From Candidatus Undinarchaeales archaeon (lineage in GTDB: Archaea > SpSt-1190 > JASMDC01): DNA of 64,000 bases. Of this stretch, positions 48,652 to 58,613 are shown piece by piece. Numbering within the stretch: position 1 is the stretch's first letter; each line of letters opens with the position of its first letter. The stretch is taken from NCBI GenBank assembly GCA_030753015.1, contig JASMDC010000007.1, positions 32,001-96,000 of the forward strand, written 5' to 3'. The notes beneath the pieces were generated by a model. That model was given only the letters and a program-made list of their open reading frames with translations, was not told the origin of the DNA and searched no databases. The position numbers were made by a program, and so were the translations under genes.

Positions 48652-50057
48652 AGAGCGAGGGTCCCGGTCCACGTGTCTGGACGCTGAACAATGTCCTCCT
48701 TCTTGACGGTACGGGGGAGAATCCTCCGAGAGCCTCGAGCATCACGTTCGCTCCCGACGGGACCATCACCTCGATAACACCAGGGGCAGAAGGTGAGTGC
48801 GAGCTCATGGCCGAGCCCGCTGTAGTCAACATCCACGCCCACGGGATCATCCCCGGCACGCCGCTCTTCTCCAGCGCTTCGGAGCCCCCGGTGCCCGAGC
48901 AGACCCTGGAGAACCTCCGGATACACCTCCGGCAGGGGACCGGGACGATCATATCGGCGGACAACTTCTGTGATCCCGTCGCAGTGCGTACTGTACGCCG
49001 GGCCTTCCCCTATCTCTCCATCTACACACTCTCCAACGTGAATCCCCACGCCCTGGCCGCGGCGAGGTGCGTGGACGGACGCGGGCTCTCCGAGGCTAGG
49101 TTCCTGGACACAGAGACCCAGATCAGGCGCCATCCCGACGTTGTGATCGGTGTGGGAGAGGTAGGCTCGGGCGCCACATTCCTCGGTGGTGTTGCCGCCT
49201 ACCGTATCATCCCCGACATCGTCCGCGCGCGGTGCGGCGTCGTATTGGGGGAGCGTGGCGGGGAGCGACTGAAGAAAGCACTGTACGATCTGCGTACGCT
49301 CATACCCCGGGAAAGCCCTGAGGAGCTCAAGAAGTACCGGGAGGCGGCAGCCGACCTTGGCATACCGGTCGGGTCAATGGATGGTATTCGGCGCGACATC
49401 GTCGAACGGCTGGGACCTGCGGTCAAGGAGGAGATGGAGAGCACGCGCTATGCTGCTCAGGTGGCTAAGATGACCGGCGCTCCCATGCTCGTCCACACGG
49501 GGCTACCCTCCCTGGGTGTCATCGAAAGGATCGCCGACCTGCCCCGAGTGCTCGTGCTGGGCCATACCAACCACCCCGCCATCCCGCCCGACGAGGCGAT
49601 GGCCTGGGTCCGTTCGATCAAGGAGCGGCGTAAGTACCCCACGTACGCCGGCGCCTCGACGTTCAACTCGGCCCGGGAGGGCTTCACTGACGAGCTGGAG
49701 ACCTTCGTCAGGTTCATCGATGAGGGCGCTGCCGACATAATATCCACCGACTACGGCGCCGGTCACCACGACCCCATCAGGGGCCGCGTACTGGCCGCCT
49801 GCAAGGAGACCGGTAAGGAGTACTGGCGGGTGCTGCCGGCCTTCACAAGCACGCCAGCGGACGTCTTCGGGTTCGACTCAGGGGTGCTCGCTGAGGGCCG
49901 GCCAGCTGACGTGGTGCTCGCCAACATCGATGACCCGCGAACACCGCTCGCGGTCGTCCACCGGGGACGGCTCGCGTACCGGGCCGAAGGTGCCGAGGAT
50001 GCTCTGTCAGGGTGTCTCGAGCTCGAGGGACCGTCAACTGTCAAGGGAGATGAGTAG
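48621..50057 (+). CDS. amidohydrolase superfamily protein
   Basis: LLDGTG, VNIHAHG, VHTG, GHTN, STD and PA..FG...G.L.EG.PADVV. Start uncertain. Confidence 0.8.
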   Translation: MEGNGQAVLLESEGPGPRVWTLNNVLLLDGTGENPPRASSITFAPDGTITSITPGAEGECELMAEPAVVNIHAHGIIPGTPLFSSASEPPVPEQTLENLRIHLRQGTGTIISADNFCDPVAVRTVRRAFPYLSIYTLSNVNPHALAAARCVDGRGLSEARFLDTETQIRRHPDVVIGVGEVGSGATFLGGVAAYRIIPDIVRARCGVVLGERGGERLKKALYDLRTLIPRESPEELKKYREAAADLGIPVGSMDGIRRDIVERLGPAVKEEMESTRYAAQVAKMTGAPMLVHTGLPSLGVIERIADLPRVLVLGHTNHPAIPPDEAMAWVRSIKERRKYPTYAGASTFNSAREGFTDELETFVRFIDEGAADIISTDYGAGHHDPIRGRVLAACKETGKEYWRVLPAFTSTPADVFGFDSGVLAEGRPADVVLANIDDPRTPLAVVHRGRLAYRAEGAEDALSGCLELEGPSTVKGDE

Positions 50058-51321
50058 CGTAATGCCGGACGACGGCCCTGCAGCGCAGGTGACCGGGAAC
50101 CAGAACCTCGTCAACCTGCTAATCATCGGCGTTATCGTGGTGGTTCTGTGGTTCGCGCTCGTGAACATCATCCCGCCCCTGCCCTCAACGGACGGGCTCG
50201 TCGACCTGCTAGAGGAAGGACAAGGGGGAAACGGCGCGCTCCGGTGCGCGTTCACCTTCGGCGGCAGCTGGAACATCTATGAGGATCCCAAGTACTGCGT
50301 TCCGCCCGACCATGCGGACACGGACGATCCCGCTGACGCCACCGAGTGCATCTGGTACGTCCAGAACGGGTGCACGCCCGGGAGCGACCCCGGGTGCACG
50401 GCCCCGCCCAGGGACCGCATCCCACGCCAGGATCTGTGCGCGCTCCATCCGTGTCGGGCACGGGACATGTTCGTTGCTGCCAGTGACGCCAAGTACGGCT
50501 GGCCCTACTTCGAGGTGTGCATCCCCGCCGCTCTGCTGGAGGACGATGCCGTAGAAGCGATCCCGATAAAACGCCGCGGTGCCAGCAAGGCCCCACCGAC
50601 ACCGCTTCCCCGGGAGCTGCTCGAGCCGTACACCGACATCTGGACGGCCCTCGATCCCGTGTGCTCCGGACGTCCCGCCCCGCAGGGGGAGTGTCCCGAG
50701 GGGATGGTGTTCATCGGCTCGTGCGGCGGTTTCTGCATCGACCTGTACGAAGCGTCGCGCGGTCCCCGCGGAGGGGCCCAGTCGAAGCCTAGACGGAGGC
50801 CGTGGACCGATATCACCTGGAACGGCGCCCAGCGTGCCTGCATGATGGCCGGCAAGCGCCTGTGCAAGGACTTCGAGTGGGTGGCGGCATGCAACCTGGA
50901 CGGCGATCGCTACGGCCTCACCGAGGAGGAGGACGATGAGCAGTACGGGTGCGCCACGCGACCGGTCGCGAACGACACCGGCCTCCTCACCGGCAGCCGA
51001 TCCAAATGTCGGAGCGATGCGGGCGTCCACGACATGATCGGTAACGTCTGGGAGTGGACGGACGCACGGGTGCCGGACGACTCGTGGACCGGGAAGGGCG
51101 GATCCATAGGGGAGCTCATGGGCACGAATCCCACCAGGTACGGCCACGATGCGCTCTATAGGAATTCTGTCGCCAGGGGGAACACCTTCCTTCGGGGCGG
51201 CGGCCGGTACGGGGGCACCGGCGAGTCGGAGGAACGCGGATGTTTCAACCTTGCCCTGGGCGCCGAGCCCGGGTACAGCCTTCCGGGTATCGGGTTCAGG
51301 TGCTGCGCGGACCCGGAGTGA
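50050..51321 (+). CDS. membrane-anchored Cys-rich protein with FGE-sulfatase (CLec) domain
   Basis: N-terminal TM, CPEGMV, FCID.YE, GKRLC...EW..AC, DMIGNVWEW, RGG and GFRCC. Confidence 0.85.
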   Translation: MSSVMPDDGPAAQVTGNQNLVNLLIIGVIVVVLWFALVNIIPPLPSTDGLVDLLEEGQGGNGALRCAFTFGGSWNIYEDPKYCVPPDHADTDDPADATECIWYVQNGCTPGSDPGCTAPPRDRIPRQDLCALHPCRARDMFVAASDAKYGWPYFEVCIPAALLEDDAVEAIPIKRRGASKAPPTPLPRELLEPYTDIWTALDPVCSGRPAPQGECPEGMVFIGSCGGFCIDLYEASRGPRGGAQSKPRRRPWTDITWNGAQRACMMAGKRLCKDFEWVAACNLDGDRYGLTEEEDDEQYGCATRPVANDTGLLTGSRSKCRSDAGVHDMIGNVWEWTDARVPDDSWTGKGGSIGELMGTNPTRYGHDALYRNSVARGNTFLRGGGRYGGTGESEERGCFNLALGAEPGYSLPGIGFRCCADPE

Positions 51322-51328
51322 GGGGCGC

Positions 51329-51952
51329 TCAGGGTAGCCATACCTCTCTGACGTTGTACCTGACGCCCTCACCGTTCAGGAAACCAGTCATCCCTCCTAA
51401 GGAACGCAGGGGGACGAGGAGCACGCCCCGTCCAAGCCTCGTGCCGCCCAGCATCTCTACCTTGCCCTTTGACGTGTATGTCTTCTCACCCACCTTCTGC
51501 GAGTAACCGTAGAGGGCACGCCATAGCTTCACCTTCCTTGCACGTTCCAAATCGGCGAGGTCGAGCTCGAACAATCCTTGCCCCTCCATGTTCTTCGGGA
51601 CGACACTGGACGGTCCATAGAGGGTGACTGCCGACTCCGCGAGGGCCGACTGCAGGGACTCCCAGGTCTCCAACCTACCCACTCGGAGCGAGATTGGATT
51701 CCTTATACCCTCGAGATGGTGCTTCCTTGCATCCTCTGACGCCTCGAAGAGGTCGAGCCGGCCACGTATCCTCTTCTCGTATCCATCGTCCTCGATATCG
51801 ATGAACACGTCGATGTCGCTCTCCTCGTCGAAGTCGCCGCGTGCCACAGAACCGAACACGAGCACTCGCTGGACGGCGGTGCCGATAGCCGGATCCTTGA
51901 TGAGGAACGACACAAAGCTCGATGCATAGGAAAGAAGGTCATACCTGTTCAT
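51329..51952 (-). CDS. minimal nucleotidyltransferase (MNT) with C-terminal extra domain
   Basis: FGSVARGDFDEESDIDVF, followed by a ~90-aa extension. Confidence 0.85.
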   Translation of the reverse strand: MNRYDLLSYASSFVSFLIKDPAIGTAVQRVLVFGSVARGDFDEESDIDVFIDIEDDGYEKRIRGRLDLFEASEDARKHHLEGIRNPISLRVGRLETWESLQSALAESAVTLYGPSSVVPKNMEGQGLFELDLADLERARKVKLWRALYGYSQKVGEKTYTSKGKVEMLGGTRLGRGVLLVPLRSLGGMTGFLNGEGVRYNVREVWLP

Positions 51953-52349
51953 CCGACCACCCTCCGTCAAGGCCAAGTATCCTGGACTCTATGTTAGTGA
52001 AGAGCTCGAGAACCCTCTCGATATCTCCTTGCTCCTTGGGAGCACCGTACGCGAGATTCTCGCTCTGATCCTCCAACTCCACCATGAGGTCCACGACAGC
52101 CTCCCTGTCGGGGAATGTCGGGAGCCGCTCAAGAACAGTCTTAGATTTGAACCAGCGATGGTTGATCTGGGCCCCTGAAGTGATCAGGTTCTTCAAGTGA
52201 AGGTCTGCTGAGAGCAGTTCGACGACGCTCCGTGAAGCATGCAGCCCGACGATCCTCTGGGCATTCACCAGTCCCCGGACCCTCAAAGCCCATTCGAAGA
52301 TGGCCAGCCTGTGCTCCCGATAGGCATTAAGATGGTCCTCGTACCGCAT
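51939..52349 (-). CDS. HEPN-like helical partner of the MNT
   Basis: All-helical 136 aa overlapping the MNT gene. SENLAYG lies where an Rx4(Y/H) motif would be expected. Confidence 0.6.
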   Translation of the reverse strand: MRYEDHLNAYREHRLAIFEWALRVRGLVNAQRIVGLHASRSVVELLSADLHLKNLITSGAQINHRWFKSKTVLERLPTFPDREAVVDLMVELEDQSENLAYGAPKEQGDIERVLELFTNIESRILGLDGGWSDEQV

Positions 52350-52358
52350 AGGTATATT

Positions 52359-52443
52359 ATATGTGACTTAGTATATAAAAATTATGTTACTAAGGCGCAT
52401 ATGTCACCTAGTATATAAAATTTATGCGACTAAGTAACATAAA
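52359..52443. repeat. 40-bp-period imperfect direct repeat with TATA boxes and operator-like 11-mers
   Basis: 52359-52394 vs 52399-52434. Also TTATGTTACT/AGTAACATAA inverted repeat. Confidence 0.8.
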
Positions 52444-52544
52444 CCCTGACATGATGGCACCCCTTCATCGCCAGACACGGCCACACCACCATCCGCGAGA
52501 AGTCCTTCTCGATTCGCGTGCGGATTAGGCTGACTATGGACGGG

Positions 52545-54002
52545 CTATTTGTCCTTCAGGATGTCTTTAGCAGAGAATACTGCGACCATGTTCGTCTGTG
52601 AGGGACGGTCCAGCATGTTTGCGGCGATGATGAGCGTTTCGTCATGTTCGATGAGGTCCTTCTCGAAACAGGCCTTGACGGACCTTCGAATCAGGGTCAG
52701 GCTATCCTCGGATCCCTCGAGTCCCGGTATCAGGAGTGGTTCGATACCCCATACAAGCCTCATCTCCCTCGCGGTCCGAGTATGGGACGTGATCCCGAGG
52801 ATGGGCAACGAGGGCCTGTATTTCGATACCATCCGCCCGGTGTAGCCGTTATGGGTGAGGCAGATGATCATACCGTTCTTGCACTGCATGTCGCTCAGTT
52901 TCTTGCATGCGGAGTACACCAAGTGACCGATCATCTCGGATGTGGTCTCGTGCTCCGAGTCGTAGTTGTCAGGATCCCTCTGGGGGATCAGTGCCTCGGA
53001 CACACGTATCACCCGCTCCATCATTTCCACGGCCTCACCGGGGAATTCGCCCGATGCTGTCTCGGCGCTCAGCATGACCGCGTCGGCGCCGTCCTCGATC
53101 GCGTTGAACACGTCGGAGATCTCCGCTCTTGTGGGCATGGGGGACTTCACCATGGACTCGAGCATCTGGGTGGCCACGATGATCGGCTTTCCCGCGATGT
53201 TGCACTTCCTGATCATCTCCTTCTGGTAGGGGAGCACCTCTTCCGGGGGGATCTCGACGCCCAGGTCGCCTCGTGCCACCATGATGCCGTCGGAGACCTC
53301 AAGGATGGTGTCGAACGTTGCTAGCGCGATGGGTCGGTCGATCTTCGTGATCAGCTTGATCCCGTCATTGCCGCGCTCGATCAGGATCTTCTTGACAGCG
53401 AGCACGTCGCTCTCGGTGTCCACGTAGGACACAGCCACGAACTCCGGATCGAGATCGGCGATGACCCAGAGGTCCTGTATGTCCTGCCCTGTCGGGACCG
53501 TGAACGGGAAGACGAGCGACGGCGTGTTCACGCCCATCCTGCTGGAGATGAACCCACCGGATAGGATCGTGCACTCCATCTCCTCCTCCGAGATGGTCTC
53601 TATCCTCAGGCACACGATACCGTCATTGATGTAGAACAGGTCGCCCTGCTTCAGATCCTCGTAGAGGTCCTTGTTTGTGATTGAGATCTTCTCGCTTGTA
53701 CCGGTGACGTCCTTGTTCGTGATTGTTATGCTGTTCCCCGCATGGAGGACTGCCCCGCCCTTCTGCATCTTGCCGATCCTGATCTTGGGTCCCTGGAGCT
53801 CGCAAATGATCGGTATGCTATCGTCCGCCTTCCTGACGTTCTTGAACAATGAGAGCTTCTCGTTGATCGTCCCGCACGAGAAATCGATGCGTGCACAGTC
53901 CATCCCGAGCTCTGTCAGCTTCCGTATCTGCTCGGGTGTTGATGTCGCGGGTCCCAGGGTGCAGATGATCTTGGATTTCGTGAGCGACTTCTGGTTGTCC
54001 AT
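52545..54002 (-). CDS. pyk: pyruvate kinase (divergent active-site residues)
   Basis: KIICTLGPA, QGPKIR, DGIMVARGDLGVE, ATQMLESM, PTRAE and DAVMLSAETA.G. Confidence 0.93.
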   Translation of the reverse strand: MDNQKSLTKSKIICTLGPATSTPEQIRKLTELGMDCARIDFSCGTINEKLSLFKNVRKADDSIPIICELQGPKIRIGKMQKGGAVLHAGNSITITNKDVTGTSEKISITNKDLYEDLKQGDLFYINDGIVCLRIETISEEEMECTILSGGFISSRMGVNTPSLVFPFTVPTGQDIQDLWVIADLDPEFVAVSYVDTESDVLAVKKILIERGNDGIKLITKIDRPIALATFDTILEVSDGIMVARGDLGVEIPPEEVLPYQKEMIRKCNIAGKPIIVATQMLESMVKSPMPTRAEISDVFNAIEDGADAVMLSAETASGEFPGEAVEMMERVIRVSEALIPQRDPDNYDSEHETTSEMIGHLVYSACKKLSDMQCKNGMIICLTHNGYTGRMVSKYRPSLPILGITSHTRTAREMRLVWGIEPLLIPGLEGSEDSLTLIRRSVKACFEKDLIEHDETLIIAANMLDRPSQTNMVAVFSAKDILKDK

Positions 54003-54082
54003 GGGCCAGCCCCCCTTCCAGGGCACATGTCCCTACATATCTATAAATCAATGGGAATCCGCAGGGGGCTGCGGTCCGCTAC

Positions 54083-55948
54083 CTATCCCACGATCCGGCT
54101 GAAGTCCTTTTCGATGCGGGTGCGGGTGAGGCCGACGATGGTGGGCCTGCCGTGGGGGCAGTTCCATGGATGCTCGCAGCGCAGGAGCTTGCGTAGCAGG
54201 TCCTCCGCCTGGCCGGGCGTGAGGCGCTCGCCCGCCTTGATGGAACCGCGACAGGCCATGATCTTGAGGATGGCGTCCACCTGCGACTCCCGATGCTTGG
54301 GTTTCCCGAGCCGGAGGATGTCGTCGATGAGCGCACGCACCTGATCGGGACCGGTGGTCCTGCCGAGCACCACGGGCACGCGGCTCACCTGGAAGCTGTT
54401 CTTGCCGAAGGGCTCGATGGCCAGGCCGAGCCCGGCAAGCTCGTCCAGTCGGTCCTGCAGCAGCACCGCCTCCCGCGGTCCCAGCTCGAGCACCTGGGGT
54501 GACACCAGCTCCTGACCTCCAACGTCGCCATCGGCGTGCGACCGGACGAGCTCCTCGTACTTGGTGCGCTCGGCGGCCGCGTGGAGGTCGACCATCAGCA
54601 GCTCGTCCCGTCCCTGAAAGAGCAGGTAGGTATCGAACAGCTCTCCGATGTAGATGAGGCCTGCGAACCGTCCATCGAACCGCTCCTGCTGGGGCAGGTC
54701 CTCCACGGGCGTGTCGGTCCGGCCCGACGGAGCTGTCTCCCGAGGCTTTGCCAACACCGCCTGGACCTGGCCGGGCCGCGTCCCGATATCGGTACCGACC
54801 GGAGCGCTCCTCGCAGCGGGCCTTGCTACTGGACGTGAGATGCCACGGGCCGCCCTGTCAGCGCCTACTGTCCCCGGTAATGGCTCCTGCTGTGTCGAGG
54901 GGGCCAGGGGGATCCCCGCTCCGGCAGCACGGAACACCGGCGCCCGCGCTGCGAGCGCGTCGGCCACGACGGCGGCTACGGCGTCGGACACCCTGGACGG
55001 ATGGACGAACCGCACCTCCCGCTTGGAAGGATGGACGTTCACGTCCACCTCGGCGGGGTCCACCTCGATGAAGAGCACGCCGGGCGGTACGTTCCTGCCC
55101 GGCGGAAGGGTGCCCCTGTATCCCTCGGACAGCGCACGGCGCAGGAGGGGCATGCGCACCGGCCGGCCGTTGACGAAAACGAAGGGGGGACGTGCGGGTG
55201 GTGCGGGGGCATCGGGGGGCACGATGAGGCCGTACGCACGCACCCCGTCCCGCTCATCGTCAACGGTCACCATGTGCCGGGCGACGTCCTTGCCCAGGAC
55301 CGCCATGGCGGCGGCCTCGAGCTCGCCGGACCCCGGCGTGAGCAGGAGGGTATGCCCTCCGTGCTCCAGGCTGAAGGATACGTCGGCGTTGGCCAGGGCG
55401 GCGGCGTTCACCACCTCGGTCACGTGACCCAGCTCGGTCGCCGTTGCGCGAAGGTGCTTTCGCCGGGCGGGCGTGTTGAAGAACAGTTCCCGCACCTCGA
55501 CCTCGGTGCCCGTGGGGGCGGCTGTGGGCTGGACCGATACCGTCCGGCCCCCCTCCACACGTACCTCTGTCGCTCCCGCCAGCGGATCGCGGCAGGTGAC
55601 CAGCCGCACGAGGGCGACCGAGGCGATGGAGGGCAGCGCCTCGCCCCTGAATCCCAGGGTGCCCAGTCCGCGCAGGTCGTCGATGGCGACGAGCTTGGAC
55701 GTAGCGTGGCGTTCGAAGCACAGCTCGGCGTCCTCGGCGGTCATGGCGCGGCCGTCGTCGCGTACGGCCACCAGCTCCTTACCTCCGTCGGAGACGCGCA
55801 CCTCGATCCGGGTCGACCCGGCGTCCAGGGCGTTCTCCACCAGCTCCTTCACCACCGACGCTGGCCGCTCGACCACCTCGCCCGCAGCGATCTGGTTCGC
55901 CACGACGTCAGAGAGCACTTGGATCTCAGTCATCGCCGCCACCACCAT
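54083..55948 (-). CDS. mutL: DNA mismatch repair protein MutL
   Basis: IAAGEVVERPASVVKELVENALDAG, GFRGEAL, DLHAAAER, ACR and CPHGRP. Confidence 0.97.
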   Translation of the reverse strand: MVVAAMTEIQVLSDVVANQIAAGEVVERPASVVKELVENALDAGSTRIEVRVSDGGKELVAVRDDGRAMTAEDAELCFERHATSKLVAIDDLRGLGTLGFRGEALPSIASVALVRLVTCRDPLAGATEVRVEGGRTVSVQPTAAPTGTEVEVRELFFNTPARRKHLRATATELGHVTEVVNAAALANADVSFSLEHGGHTLLLTPGSGELEAAAMAVLGKDVARHMVTVDDERDGVRAYGLIVPPDAPAPPARPPFVFVNGRPVRMPLLRRALSEGYRGTLPPGRNVPPGVLFIEVDPAEVDVNVHPSKREVRFVHPSRVSDAVAAVVADALAARAPVFRAAGAGIPLAPSTQQEPLPGTVGADRAARGISRPVARPAARSAPVGTDIGTRPGQVQAVLAKPRETAPSGRTDTPVEDLPQQERFDGRFAGLIYIGELFDTYLLFQGRDELLMVDLHAAAERTKYEELVRSHADGDVGGQELVSPQVLELGPREAVLLQDRLDELAGLGLAIEPFGKNSFQVSRVPVVLGRTTGPDQVRALIDDILRLGKPKHRESQVDAILKIMACRGSIKAGERLTPGQAEDLLRKLLRCEHPWNCPHGRPTIVGLTRTRIEKDFSRIVG

Positions 55949-58613
55949 GTGCCCGACGCTTGAGCTCCTCGAGCTTGTTAAGCGCCTGGACGGGCGTTAT
56001 CTCGTTGAGGTTGAGGTCGGACAGCTCGTCCAGGACCGTGGCGCCCCCGGTGAACTCAACAAGGGACGCCTGCTTGGGCCTGGGCTCCGGTTCCCCTACC
56101 GGCTCCGGCGGTGCACGGGGCGGGGGTCGCGCCAGCGGTCCGATGGCCAGGGCCTGACTTCCGGGGTGGTCCGGATCCTCCAGCGTTCCCAGCACCTCCC
56201 GGGCGCGGTCCAGCACATCGTCGGGGAACCCGGCCAGCTGGGCCACCTCGATACCGTAGGAGCGGTCCGCCGGTCCGTCGACGACCTTGCGCAGGAACAC
56301 AAGCCGGCCCCCGTCGTCCTTGATGGCGATCGAGAGGTTGCGCAGCCCCGCCAGCTCGTCCTCGAGCACGGTCAGTTGGTGGTAGTGAGTGGCGAACAGG
56401 GTCTTGCACCCCTTCTCCGGGTGGGAGTGGAGGTACTCGGTCACCGCCCACGCGATGGCCAGGCCGTCGAACGTGCTCGTCCCGCGGCCGATCTCGTCCA
56501 AGAGCACCAGGCTGCGCGACGAGGCGTTGTGAAGGATGTTGCTCGTCTCGTTCATCTCCACCATGAAAGTCGATTGGCCCGAGGCGAGGTCGTCGTGGGC
56601 CCCCACGCGCGTGAAGATGCGGTCCACTACGCCGATGACGGCCTCCAGTGCCGGGACGAACGAACCCATCTGGGCCATGAGCACGACGAGCGCCACCTGA
56701 CGAAGGTAGGTGGACTTACCGGCCATGTTGGGGCCGGTGATGAGCAGGAACCGGTTCTCGCCGCAGTCAAGGAGGGTGTCGTTGGGGATGAACCCGCCCC
56801 GACCGATGGTGCGCTCCACCACCGGGTGTCTACCTGCGAGGACGCGGACACGGTCGCCGTCGTTCACCTGCGGTCGCTTGTAGCCGCGGTCGTGGGCGAC
56901 CTGGGCGAGGCATGCAAGCACGTCGATACGGGCCAGCACCTGGGCGGCGTCCTGGATGTCGGCCGCTCGCTCAGCGACCTGTGAGCGTACCCGACAGAAC
57001 AGCTCGTACTCCAGGGCCACGGACCGCTCTTCAGCGGTGAGCACCTTGGCCTCGTACTCCTTGAGCTCTTCCGTGATGAACCGCTCGGCGTTGGCCAGCG
57101 TCTGTTTGCGGATGTAGTTGTCGGGGACGAGCTCGAGGTTCGGACGGGTGACCTCTATGTAATAGCCGAACACCTTGTTGAATCCCACACGCATCGATCT
57201 GATGCCCGTGCGCTTGCGCTCCGTCTCCTGCATGGTGGCGATCCAGTCCTTGCCCGAGCGTGACAGCGACCGCAGTTCGTCCAGGTCGGAGTCGAACCCC
57301 TCGCGGATGATACCCCCGTCCCTCACGGCGTTGGGAGGCGCGTCCACGATAGCGCGTGCGACAAGGTCTGCTATGTCGTCCAGATCGGGCAGTGCCTCTC
57401 CTGCCTCGACGAGGAGGGCGGCGTTCCTTCCGGCCAGCTGCTCCCTGATACTCGGGAGCGTCAGCAGCGAATCGCGCAGCGAGACGAGGTCCCGTGCGTT
57501 GGCGGTGCCGGACACGATGCGGGTGGCCAGACGCTCCAGGTCCGCCACTCCGCGGAACAGGTCGCGCAGGTCGTCGCGGACCAGCTGCTGCTCCACTAGC
57601 TCGCCCACGGCGTCAAGACGACCTCCGATGGTGGCCACGTCGGTGAGCGGCCGCAGGAGCCACCGGCGCAGGAGCCGGCCGCCCATGGGCGTGGTGGTGT
57701 GGTCCAGCACCTCGAGGAGGGTGTTGGTGGTGTCGTTGGTGCGGATGCTGCGTACCAGTTCCAGGTTGCGGGAGGAGACGGCGTCGATGACCAGCACGTC
57801 GTCGGTCGAGTAGGGGTGGAGTGTGCGGATGTGCTCGCCGGTGCCCTTGAACGTCTCGCGGATGTACACCAGCGCAGCACCTGCCGAGGACACGGCCAGG
57901 CGCCTGTCCTCCAGCCCGAACCCGTCGAGGGTGAGCGTGCCGAAGTGATCGCGCACGATATCGTACGCTCGCTCGAACGCGAAGTGAGCGTCAGGGAACT
58001 CCGAGAGGCGCATCACCGACTGCACCCGGACCAGTCGGACGAACGCCTCGTCCTGCCGCAGCCACTCGGGGACCAGCACTTCGGCGGGCCCCAGGCGGAC
58101 GAGCTCGGCGTTGAGCTCTACTGCCGCGTCGTCGCCATCGAACTGGGTGGCCATAAACTCGCCGGTGGAGATGTCGATGACCGCAAGACCGTAGGAACCG
58201 CCACCGGCGGACACGGAGGCCAGGAAGTTGTTCTCCTTCTCGTCGAGGAGGAAGCCCTCCATCAGCGTGCCGGGGGTGTAGACGCGGATAACACCGCGCT
58301 TGACCAGGCCCTTGGCCTTCTTGGGATCCTCCAGCTGCTCGCACACCGCCACCTTGTGCCCGGCCTTGAGCATCCGGCCGATGTAGTTGTCCAGCGCATG
58401 GTGGGGGAACCCGGCGAGCTTGGTCTCCTGTGGAGAGCCGCGGTTGCGGGAGGTGAGCACGATGTCGAGCGCCTTGCTGGTCTTGACGGCGTCCTCGCCG
58501 AAGGTCTCGAAGAAGTCACCCATCCGGAAGAAGAGCACGGCGTCAGGGTACTGCCGCTTCATTTCCCGGTACTGCCGGGTCATGGGCGTCTCCTTCTGCT
58601 TCGGTTTAGCCAG
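55926..58613 (-). CDS. mutS: DNA mismatch repair protein MutS
   Basis: TPM..QY, FRMGDFFE, TGPNMAGKSTY, STFMVEM, DEIGRGTST and SYG..VA. Start is CTG 58613 or ATG 58583. Confidence 0.97.
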   Translation of the reverse strand: MAKPKQKETPMTRQYREMKRQYPDAVLFFRMGDFFETFGEDAVKTSKALDIVLTSRNRGSPQETKLAGFPHHALDNYIGRMLKAGHKVAVCEQLEDPKKAKGLVKRGVIRVYTPGTLMEGFLLDEKENNFLASVSAGGGSYGLAVIDISTGEFMATQFDGDDAAVELNAELVRLGPAEVLVPEWLRQDEAFVRLVRVQSVMRLSEFPDAHFAFERAYDIVRDHFGTLTLDGFGLEDRRLAVSSAGAALVYIRETFKGTGEHIRTLHPYSTDDVLVIDAVSSRNLELVRSIRTNDTTNTLLEVLDHTTTPMGGRLLRRWLLRPLTDVATIGGRLDAVGELVEQQLVRDDLRDLFRGVADLERLATRIVSGTANARDLVSLRDSLLTLPSIREQLAGRNAALLVEAGEALPDLDDIADLVARAIVDAPPNAVRDGGIIREGFDSDLDELRSLSRSGKDWIATMQETERKRTGIRSMRVGFNKVFGYYIEVTRPNLELVPDNYIRKQTLANAERFITEELKEYEAKVLTAEERSVALEYELFCRVRSQVAERAADIQDAAQVLARIDVLACLAQVAHDRGYKRPQVNDGDRVRVLAGRHPVVERTIGRGGFIPNDTLLDCGENRFLLITGPNMAGKSTYLRQVALVVLMAQMGSFVPALEAVIGVVDRIFTRVGAHDDLASGQSTFMVEMNETSNILHNASSRSLVLLDEIGRGTSTFDGLAIAWAVTEYLHSHPEKGCKTLFATHYHQLTVLEDELAGLRNLSIAIKDDGGRLVFLRKVVDGPADRSYGIEVAQLAGFPDDVLDRAREVLGTLEDPDHPGSQALAIGPLARPPPRAPPEPVGEPEPRPKQASLVEFTGGATVLDELSDLNLNEITPVQALNKLEELKRRAHGGGGDD

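Noticed and set aside
51170-51321. FGE/CLec C-terminus as a diversity-generating retroelement variable region
   Set aside because: No template repeat or reverse transcriptase is visible in the window. It cannot be excluded as a remote target.
52359-52443. Mini-CRISPR
   Set aside because: Only two imperfect copies with 4-bp gaps, each containing a TATA box. Better explained as a promoter/operator.
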